From Thermoplasmata archaeon (lineage in GTDB: Archaea > Thermoplasmatota > E2 > DHVEG-1), in assembly GCA_003942085.1 (NCBI GenBank), contig DQIQ01000001.1, positions 24,950-88,949 on the forward strand: a DNA stretch of 64,000 nt. Reading direction: 5' to 3'. The first letter of the stretch is position 1, and each line of letters begins with the position of its first letter. The position numbers and the translations under genes were made by a program. The notes beneath the pieces were generated by a model, which was not told the DNA's origin, searched no databases, and was given only the letters and a program-made list of their open reading frames with translations. Shown in pieces: positions 29,128-39,000 of this stretch.

Positions 29128-30144
29128 TCATTGTAAAACATTTTCATATACGTTTATTGATATATAATAAGGTTCTTGAACTGGTGTTAGGTCGAATTCA
29201 AAGGAAAGGAGAGGTAGTGGAATCCAAAGGAAAGCTAAAAAATAAGAAAATAGAAAAATGACTATATCACCTCGGATGGGTTTCGGAGTAGTTTTATTCC
29301 AATCACTCCAATAATTGCTCTCCCAGTGTTGTTTATATTTTATGAGACTAGGGGATCCAAGGAGACTTTGGTACTTCAGAAAGGAGGCATGAACCTTATT
29401 ATCGATAAAATTATTTAAACGTACTGTGACTCCTCGACAATTTGCACAATATACCCCTTCTTCTAGGCTCTCTCTGAATTCATTATGATGAATATCAATC
29501 GATCCTTCGTCAACCACATCTATTCCAACGCTATTTTTTATGAAGACGTTATGATGGATTGAACAATTATTACTATCGATAACACGACACCCGCCGCCAT
29601 TGCTGATGAAAATATTGTTAAAAAAGGAGGTGTTGAAGCAATCGTACATCGTCACCCCGATCGAATTATTCACAATAATCATATCATGGACGATAATATC
29701 ATCGATCCGGCTGATTCCAGTTGGTTCGAATATATGAACACCTGCTCCAGGATACGTGCCAGTACCGCAATTTTGTACTGTAAATCCACTGATATGCACT
29801 CCATCTGTTAAAACACAAACTACATCCCACTTACGGGTCCCATTGATGATCGTCGTGTTCTTATCTTCACCAATGAGGCTAATTGATTTAAAAATTTTTA
29901 CACATTCAGAGCTATATGGCGTCTGATTATAGATTCCATGATATACATAAACTGTATCACCATCGCTTGCGTTATCGACAGCATCCTGTATAGTGCTGTA
30001 ATTTCCAGGTCCATTCCCGCCAACATACAACCAATTCCCTCGTGATGTCGGTAAAGGTTTCTCAGCATCCTGGGCAGTCGTTGGAATGATACAGGTTCCG
30101 ACGAACAAGAGAATGATGCTAACCGCCAAACATTTCCTTTTCAT
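29128..30144 (-). CDS. Secreted right-handed parallel beta-helix (pectate-lyase-fold) protein. The C-terminus is probably disrupted.
   Basis: A signal peptide is followed by PbH1-like repeats (NNSIGVTMYDCFNTSFFNNIFISNGGGCRVIDSNNCSIHHNVFIKNSVGIDV). The last 40 residues or so (IVIFLFSYFLAFLWIPLPLL...) look like out-of-frame read-through. Confidence 0.55.
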   Translation of the reverse strand: MKRKCLAVSIILLFVGTCIIPTTAQDAEKPLPTSRGNWLYVGGNGPGNYSTIQDAVDNASDGDTVYVYHGIYNQTPYSSECVKIFKSISLIGEDKNTTIINGTRKWDVVCVLTDGVHISGFTVQNCGTGTYPGAGVHIFEPTGISRIDDIIVHDMIIVNNSIGVTMYDCFNTSFFNNIFISNGGGCRVIDSNNCSIHHNVFIKNSVGIDVVDEGSIDIHHNEFRESLEEGVYCANCRGVTVRLNNFIDNKVHASFLKYQSLLGSPSLIKYKQHWESNYWSDWNKTTPKPIRGDIVIFLFSYFLAFLWIPLPLLSFEFDLTPVQEPYYISINVYENVLQ

Positions 30145-30192
30145 TGATTTACCTCTTTATTCTATGTCTAGAATGGGTTAGGCTACAATTAA

Positions 30193-30816
30193 TTACCACA
30201 AACAATTAAGTGTCGTTTCTATATAAGAAATTATGGCAATTAAGAAATAAATACCTGCAAGGGCTAACCAAATAGCAAATATTGTTAACGGCCACAGTAG
30301 TGCACATATAACTGGGTAATGCCAGACTGTTGTATTATTGTTTTCACAATCACATTGTAAGCTCGATAAATCTGTCATTTCGCCCTTGAGTAAAACATCT
30401 TTTTCAATAACAACGGATATTTCTTTCTGCATCCTTTGATTATTCACTTGATATTGCTCAACCATCGGATGTATTCTTGTTTTACTGATAATCTTTGAAA
30501 GCATCAAACCAACAAGATACATATGGTTGAGTTGGTTCTTCGTTAAAGCAGGAGTGTTGAATATAGAGAATTTTACGTCTGGATTGAACAATCCTTCTCT
30601 GTTTATCTGGGATTTGAGTACAATTTCCGGGATATCTTTATTATTCGCAATATCAACGATGGTTTGGAATAACAACTCTTTCTGGTTGATCTCTTCATTT
30701 ATGATTTTCTGATTTGATGATTGAAACGTCTGATAACCAACAACATTGGTCAACGAACCAAGCACAAGAAGAATCACAGCACAGATGCTTATTCCAATCA
30801 AAGGTTTTGTATTCAT
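30193..30816 (-). CDS. Stand-alone paralog of the N-terminal anchored CDCE module.
   Basis: 207 aa, about 45% identical to residues 1-200 of the 26761-28515 product (LIGISICAVILLVLGSLTNVVGYQT...ELLFQTI...TKNQL..MYL.GL.LSK...CDCE..WHYP), ending in a hydrophobic tail. Confidence 0.5.
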   Translation of the reverse strand: MNTKPLIGISICAVILLVLGSLTNVVGYQTFQSSNQKIINEEINQKELLFQTIVDIANNKDIPEIVLKSQINREGLFNPDVKFSIFNTPALTKNQLNHMYLVGLMLSKIISKTRIHPMVEQYQVNNQRMQKEISVVIEKDVLLKGEMTDLSSLQCDCENNNTTVWHYPVICALLWPLTIFAIWLALAGIYFLIAIISYIETTLNCLW

Positions 30817-30947
30817 TACTTTCCGCCCTTATAAATACTTTATAACAATAATCCCCTATAAAAACGTTTATTTCATTATTGATTAAGTCTCTGCAAACAT
30901 TATAGTATCTGGAGGCAAGAATTAACAGAGTTGTTTTTTTTAATTTG

Positions 30948-32849
30948 TTAGAAGAACTTCCATACTTCGATTCCAACCCATGCCCATCTGCCATCATTTG
31001 AATATGCTCCAACCTCAATTGAATGTCCTCCAAATTCTTTTTCTGACCATGTCCATTCGTATGGTTCTTCAGTATCAGTAAATTGTGGATTGGTATCGAT
31101 AAAAAATATCACTTCTCGTATACCTACATCTTCCTGTATCGCTTCAGCTCTGATGGAAATCTTTCCGATAATCACTGGGTGTAGTATTAAAGGTAAAAGT
31201 TTGATGTTGAATAAATACAAGCCTATTTCTGGGCGTAAAATTCGCACCGTTGGCAGGGAAGTTCCTACTGTCACATTTGCAGTATCGCTACTGGCATTCC
31301 CCTCACCATCAATCAACGTAAGCGTTGCGATGTATTCACCTGGTCTGGTGTAGGTATGCGTCGGGTGCTCTAAATCTGAGGTGTTCCCGTCACCGAACTC
31401 CCATTGGAACGTATACGGGAGTGCTCCGCCAAATGTTGTGCTCATAAAAGAGATTGATTCCAAAGCATATCCACTGTAGGGTCCACCTGCATCTACAGAT
31501 AAAGACGCGTCGCCGAACGCATGGAGATACCCCCATGTAAGTGTACCATCATGATTCCTCCATGAAGATCCAACATAGAGATTACCGTCTCCGTCAATAC
31601 ACGGTGATGAAAGCACTGCAACGTTGGAAATCAGTTTCTTCCATCTGATTGTCCCGTCTGGGTTCACCGCCACAAGGCTGACCCCTGCACTCACATAAAT
31701 CGTGCCATCCGCGGAGACCGCTGGTGCCGTCCCATAGATATCTCCACCGACATCAACAACCCATTTCAAGGTCCCATTTGGATAGAATGCTCTAAGCTGT
31801 TCAGTCCCGACATACAACGTCCCATCAGACGCAACCGCTGCTAATGCAGCCGCAACCTCTTCACCAGTGCTCGCCTGCCAAATCAACGTCCCATTGGGGT
31901 TGAGGGCGTAGAGATACCCGTCAAACGAGGGAATATAAATCGTGCCATCAGGGGCAATAGAAGGATGCCCTTTGATATCCCCGCCGGTAAGATACCGCCA
32001 GCGGAGCGTGCCATTAGGGTTGAGAGCATAAAGATAATCATCAGCGGAACCGACGTAAATGGTACCGTCCTCGCCGATAGCAGGGTCTGAGGTTACGTAG
32101 TATCCTGTCTCATAATGCCATTTTTCGACCCCGTTAGGATTTATCGCATAGAGACAACCACCCGAGTGACCCAGATAAATCGTCCCGTCATCACCTATCG
32201 CCGGGGAAGAATGAAACTCTCCACTACGGTACAAATCCCATATTAATGAACCGTTCTGGTCAAGAGCGGAGAGACGGCCATACCAGTCTCCAACGTAGAT
32301 GGTCCCATCTTCTGCAATAGCTGGCGTAGACCATATTACTCCAGGTATTTTGTAATACCATTTCTGCGTCCCATTAGGATATATTGCATAGAGGTTATGA
32401 TCTGCCCCCATACTCCCAAAATAGATGATACCGTTCTTGTCGACAATTGCGCCTGATTCAATTGTTCCTGCATCTTTCAATGTTTTATACCGCCATTTCT
32501 CCGTTCCCGGGTTGTCCGCGGTGCTGATTGGACTTTGACAGGTATGATATGTATCATGGCAGCTCATCGGCCATGAGGAGTTCTGCAGACCACCGGTTTC
32601 CCTGCCACGATCATCTCCTCCAACGGATTCATGGATCAATGTTTCAGCTTGATATGCTGGTTCATCCGCTGTTGAGGTACTATCACAGTTGATGCTCCAT
32701 GAGTTTTCATATGCGCGATAATCAGCTTTATTGAATGTCTGTTGTATTGGATCATCCAGATGAGTTGAAAGCATCGAAACAGATGCTGGGACAAGAAGGA
32801 CGAATAATAAACTGGTTGCTAGAAGGGTTCTCCAAATAGTATTGTTCAT
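30948..32849 (-). CDS. Secreted PQQ-like beta-propeller protein with C-terminal PKD and Ig-like domains.
   Basis: A signal peptide is followed by roughly eight DGT(I/L)Y(V/I)G...LYA(L/I)NPNGT..W repeats, then a PKD domain (DAGGPYSGY...YTFQWEFGDGNTS...HTYTRPGEY). Confidence 0.65.
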   Translation of the reverse strand: MNNTIWRTLLATSLLFVLLVPASVSMLSTHLDDPIQQTFNKADYRAYENSWSINCDSTSTADEPAYQAETLIHESVGGDDRGRETGGLQNSSWPMSCHDTYHTCQSPISTADNPGTEKWRYKTLKDAGTIESGAIVDKNGIIYFGSMGADHNLYAIYPNGTQKWYYKIPGVIWSTPAIAEDGTIYVGDWYGRLSALDQNGSLIWDLYRSGEFHSSPAIGDDGTIYLGHSGGCLYAINPNGVEKWHYETGYYVTSDPAIGEDGTIYVGSADDYLYALNPNGTLRWRYLTGGDIKGHPSIAPDGTIYIPSFDGYLYALNPNGTLIWQASTGEEVAAALAAVASDGTLYVGTEQLRAFYPNGTLKWVVDVGGDIYGTAPAVSADGTIYVSAGVSLVAVNPDGTIRWKKLISNVAVLSSPCIDGDGNLYVGSSWRNHDGTLTWGYLHAFGDASLSVDAGGPYSGYALESISFMSTTFGGALPYTFQWEFGDGNTSDLEHPTHTYTRPGEYIATLTLIDGEGNASSDTANVTVGTSLPTVRILRPEIGLYLFNIKLLPLILHPVIIGKISIRAEAIQEDVGIREVIFFIDTNPQFTDTEEPYEWTWSEKEFGGHSIEVGAYSNDGRWAWVGIEVWKFF

Positions 32850-33036
32850 AGGTTTTTTCTTCCGTTCAATACATATATCGGATATTCTATATATAGATTT
32901 CCATTTGATAAACTCAATTTTTTATTGATACTGTTCTCTTTTTCGCATAAAATAGCTCATTAAAAGTTTGAAAAAAAAACAAACTATTTAAATTAATTTA
33001 AATTACCATTTCATATTAATTGGGGAGTGAAAAAAT

Positions 33037-36000
33037 ATGCGAGGAAAAAAAATTGTAGCGTTTTTAGTATGCGCGCTAATGATTGCGAGCGGGATAATGC
33101 TGATGCCGAAGAACACGGATGTCCGAGCAGATGCATATCAACATCCAAGCGGAGAAAATGAAATAGGCCTCAATACCACTTATGTCTGGGAAATGGTAAA
33201 GCGGTTTTGCAATGTGACACGTGATACTGATTGGTCGCATGAGAATAACATCCCTAAAGGGCGATCATGGGCGACCGCAGGGGAGAACTACACCATTGAT
33301 AATATTTTAAAATATCAATGGGAGAATTTCACTAATCCTGCATTTGAATTTCAAAAATTACTCATCGGCCCCATCAATGGTAGTACTAGATTATATTCAA
33401 ACAAGATTGTCATACAAAATTTTGGTCTGACGACTGAAAATCCTTCAGTAACCATACCAATCAGTGAAATGTTTCCCATCGGTATCGGTGTCCGTCCAGA
33501 TAATGATTTAAACAAAACATTTGGGTTTAACAATTCAAGGATAGAGAAAGTAGAACTCTTTGCACGTGATTTTTTAGGGGGATCATATTTTCCTGATCAC
33601 CTGAATGTACCCACTCAGTTCTTAAACGATTATAAATTAGTTTATGGTTCTCCTATCTATCTTGACGAGAATGACGAAGTACCAGAGAACCAGGATGGCT
33701 TTGTGTTCATCATGAATGAAACAGAAGACTGCGAGGATAAACTAGATAATATCACTGATGCCTCGGCATGTATCTTAATTAAAGGCAATTCTTTCTACAA
33801 TTACGAACAGGCGGATGAGAAACAGTTTTCGATCTTTCGCGTGGATGAAACCAATGATAATCTTTCAGAAGTGGTATCGGAAATAGAAAATGGATCAGTG
33901 TTCTTTGTAGATAATATTTATGATTCAGATATGTTGGTATTCACTAATTTAAGTAATGATACATGTATCCCGGAAGGTGATGATTTTGTTGGGGTTGTAC
34001 AAAGAACAGCCCCCTCAGATCCACAATCGTTTGAGCCTAGACCCTTTCTTGAGTATGTTTTTGGAAATGTCAATGGATATTACTATGATTATCTACGATT
34101 AGTCATTTTTAACAATCTTTGGTATATATATCATAACAGAAGAGATGAAGATTATTCGAAAGGTTGCGTGGGTTTAATTCTATCTGATTATTCTAATACT
34201 ACTCATTTTATGACACATACAGAGAAGGGTTGGGGTTGGTTCTCAGGAGCATTCAGCGACAGATGGTGGTTGCCAATGTTTTCAGTAAACAAATCCGTCG
34301 GGAAATTTTTACTGGATAATATAAATACTGTGAGCGTCAATGGTTCCATCGAACAGGAATATAGATGCCAAACAACTACAGAACCTGGTGTGATAAGCAA
34401 TAATTTTATCGGGTATCTAGATGTTACACAGAATCGTTCTGATCCGTATGTCATTCTTTCAAACAGAATTGATGGCTGGTGGGGACAAACACCAGGAGAC
34501 AGCGGAGTAGGTGGCGCGATTCTTCTCGGTATTGCCAAATATTTTAATGATTATAATATCAAACCCAATAGTAACTTGAGGTTTCTCTTTACCACCGGGG
34601 AGGAATACGGCATGCGTGGCGCCCAGCATTATAACGACAGCCATGCAAATGATACTATCACACGATGGATCGGGTTTGATCAACTGGGATTTTATTATAC
34701 GACATCCGATGATACAATAAATTTAACAGTAAATGTGTTAGATAATACGTCAAAGGCCATCATTAAAACGATTGCAAATGATACACATTACGTTGATCGA
34801 ACAGGTTACGGTATCGGGGTTGATATCCCTGATGATTATGGCTCTGAAGATAAAGTTTTTAGTACCCGGAAAGATCCATTTTGTAATACGACTTGTTTTG
34901 GGAGAGACAATTCATCCAGGTGGGATGACTACCATCGTTCGGGTGAAAACTATTCCGAGGGTGATAGTCTGAATCATACCGATCGAAATGATGTCAACGT
35001 AACGTTCGAGTTAGCATGGAACGTGATAAAATATTGCACGGTAAATCCAGATTGTTGGTTCAACGAACCAGCCACCTACACCATAGAGGATTCCCCATAC
35101 GATACCGATACCTATAATGATTCTATTAACGTAACAGTATCAGTAAAATCAGTGCTTCCAAATGATAAAGTCAGAGTGAATGCGACGTTGAAAAGCTGGC
35201 CTTCAAACGACACAGTCTTCTGGAAAAACTATGATTTCAACGTCACTTCAGAGACAACTCAAAAGACATTCACCGTTACCCTGCCGCCCAACTCAACTGG
35301 GGCAACAAGCGGAAATTATACCCTGTCACTCGCACTGTTAAACTCGACAGGCAGGATCAACGACATCGCTCTCAATACCAGAGAATATAATGACACCGGC
35401 ACCCAGACAGGTCATGTATATCTCTGTCCACGGGGAAATTCTCTACCATATAAACCCAATGACATCACCGGTCCGTTTACGGTGCAAATATTACACCCGG
35501 CGAACTTTACTACGTCTGCGACAGATACGAATCAGGATCAATTGCAGTATCAATGGGATTGGAATGTACTCCTTGGAGATTTGTTTGAAACCACCGAGGT
35601 TGGTCCATATGATTCCGATGATAACTGCACTACGGAGCATACATACTACGGATGGGGACCACGAGTCATACAGGTGAGAGCACGGGATGATTACGGGTAC
35701 CTGTTTGATGGCACCCCCCTAGGATGGAATCGATATGGCAATTGGAGCGATGATACTTGGTCAGAACCATTCTTGATATATGTAAGTTTTTTCACCGATT
35801 TTAGCATGTCATGCACCTCTCTTTCATCCGCTGTAAACGCTCAATCTACCACAGAGTTGCCATCCATTCAACAAATAAATTCGACGTATGACGCTCTCAT
35901 ATTTGGTGGCAATGAGCCTCATTCCTATCAATGGATGTTCAATCATGAGCGATACGCGGAGAAACAAAAAACCGTGTATTATCAGTTCGAGGAAACAGGC

Positions 36001-39000
36001 GATTATACAGTCTCTTTAAATGTCATTGATAATGACGGGTATTCTGAAGAATTTTCTGTCAATGTCTCCGTGGTGAATTTAAGCGCAAGCTTCAACCTCA
36101 GCGTCCCGTCACCATATGCGAACCCGGATGAGGAGATTGATTTCACGGACACGTCAGCGGCAGCCAGTGGATACCAGATGACAAATTGGACATGGGATTT
36201 CGATGACGGTACCTGCTCCTACAATCGGAATGCCACTCATGTGTTCATGGAATCCGGAACGTATAACGTCTCTCTCACGGTCACAGACAACCAAACACAC
36301 ACGGACATCACATCCCAGTGTATCCTTGTGACCATCGATGAGACCCCGCCGCAGATCCAGCAGGTCGCAGATGAGATTTCCGTTGATGACCGCTGGCTGG
36401 TTGTCTCCCTTGCAGGGTATTTCGTTGACTCGGAAAGCGGTATTAAAAACGCCTCTGTGAACATCACGTATCCAGATGGGTCTCATGGGAATTTCACTAT
36501 GATGCATGTGTTCAACACGATTTACGGCTATGTCTTTAACGACACCGAGGCTCCTGGTCAGTACAATTATACGGTCTGGGTGACCGACTATGAAAATAAT
36601 ACGAACAGCGCTACCGGATATTCTTTCACAATCCCGACTCCGCCGGTCCTTTTATATGCGACAACAACTCCTGCCAATAGCACCGTTTCCAATGACCCAT
36701 GGACAGATGTCAACGTGACCATCCTTGATCCTCTGAACACCTCCGCGTTCATCGACTGGGACCACAGCCTCAAGGGTTACTGGCCGATGGATTCCTATAA
36801 TGACACCGGTGTGTATGATAACTCCACCTATGACAATTTCGGGACATTCCAAAGTGGATTGAACAACAGAAATATTATACCAGGGAAATACGGGAAAGGA
36901 CTGGAGTTCGATGGAATCGATCATTACGTTGATGTCGGCACCAGCAATAGTTTGGATCTTGGCAGCGGTGATTTCACGTTCATGACCTGGGAGAAAAGCC
37001 ATGTATCCTCTTACTCGAAGAAAGCGATGATTCTCACCAACAGTCCGGCGGGCGAGAGCTGGAAAGGCTATGGTTTCGGTGTTGCCAATCATGCGTATCT
37101 TTTTGTCTCTCAATCATCAGGAAATAATGTGACGGTGCAGGGGACTACTGATGTGACCGACAACACCTGGCATCATATCGCCTATGTGAACCATGAAGGA
37201 GACTATTCAATATATGTCGATGGCGCGTTTGACGCTAATGGGATGTTGACTTCAGAAAAAAATATCACGAACACACAGCACACCTACCTCGCCTATGATG
37301 GACATACATCGAACTGGTGTTTCTTCGATGGTATGCTTGATGAGCCGCAGCTCTACAACCGAGTCCTCAGCAGAGAGGAGATCAACGCCTCCTATAACAA
37401 TGGGCTGAACCATTTGTATCATAATTTCACTGGACTTCCTGATGGCACGTATAGTTATTATGCACATGCGATTGACACTTCGGGAAATCAGAGTACAACA
37501 GAGACACGACAAGTAACCATTGATACCACGCCTCCAACGATTATAAATGTCAACGCTTCACCTCATACCGTCGGATTCGGGTACAATATCACAATCTCTG
37601 CGGATGTAATCGACAATTATAGCGGTGTTGATCTTGTTAACATCCAGATTACTTATCCTGGTGGTATAGGTAATTCGAGCAATCACACAATGACCCATGT
37701 CACTAATGATACGTATCAGTATGTGTTCAATGATACGTGGCTGACCGGGCAGTACAACCTTACCATCTGGGCTGTGGATAACTCCAATAATAGTAACAGC
37801 AGCGGCGGGCATCATTTCCATGTCTCCGTAACGGCGACCATCAGCATCGCCACCCTGAAGAACAGCTACAGCGGCAGCCAATACATCAACATCACCGACC
37901 CTCCGAACCCACCTGAGGACTATACACTGGTTGGTCGGGGACTCACCTGGAATACCTATTACAATGTATCCTCTGGTGAAAACATTCTCGAAACATACCA
38001 AGGACCAGTGAATTACCAAGAAGACAACAACACCTGGAACCCAATCAACGTCTCCCTAAAACAGTTAACAATTGATAATCCTGCTTACAACTATGGGTAT
38101 CAGACAGGGAATGATCGTGGGTTATTCGGTGTCTACTTCAAACCCAATATCCAGAGCGACTGGCCCGTCGCATTCACCTACAACAGATCGAACAACCCCA
38201 CTACCAACGTCATCAGAAGTAAGCTCGTCGGTGTAGGATACATTGATCCACAGAGCAACTGGGCGTATCAGTATCTGCAGAACGTGCAGAGCAGCCAAGG
38301 ACAAACAAATGACAACTCGATAACCTACTCAAATGTCTTTACTGGCACCGATGTCACCTGGAGCTACGGCAACACCGAACTCAAAGAAGAGATCACACTC
38401 AGCAATGCGACGAAGACTGTATTGCAGAACCACCCACCATCACAGTACGGCCTTAACAACCAAAGCTCGTATCTCGTGTTCATCACTAAATTGGATCATC
38501 AGAACCTCGGCATGTATAATGCCTCAGGAATGCTCACTGGAAACGTAACGATCTCCAACGCAGGGGTTGATTTCAAGGATGCACTAGGACATTTCAAATG
38601 CGCCCTGCCACTTGGCGAGGCGTACGAACTGAATAACGAATCCATGAGACAGAAACTGACCTACCGCATCGTACACCTGAACGGCAACACCTACTTGCTT
38701 TCCGGGTTGAAGGTCTCAGATTTGAACGCGATGACGTTCCCAGTGGTGATAGACCCAACTTTAACTGTGTATTCAACCTCCAGCGACGGTTATATCTCTA
38801 ACTCTGGCACCAACTACAATACAGTACGAACCGCATCGTCCGGTACCGTCAACAGTTCCGGGACATACATCACAATCGGACAGAAGAAGGGTCCTGGTCA
38901 GCCTGCTACGTATTACATCTACCGAGGATTCGTGTTCTTCAACACCTCCGCATTACCATCGAACGCGTACCTCGATACAGCAACACTCGCCCTGTACAAG

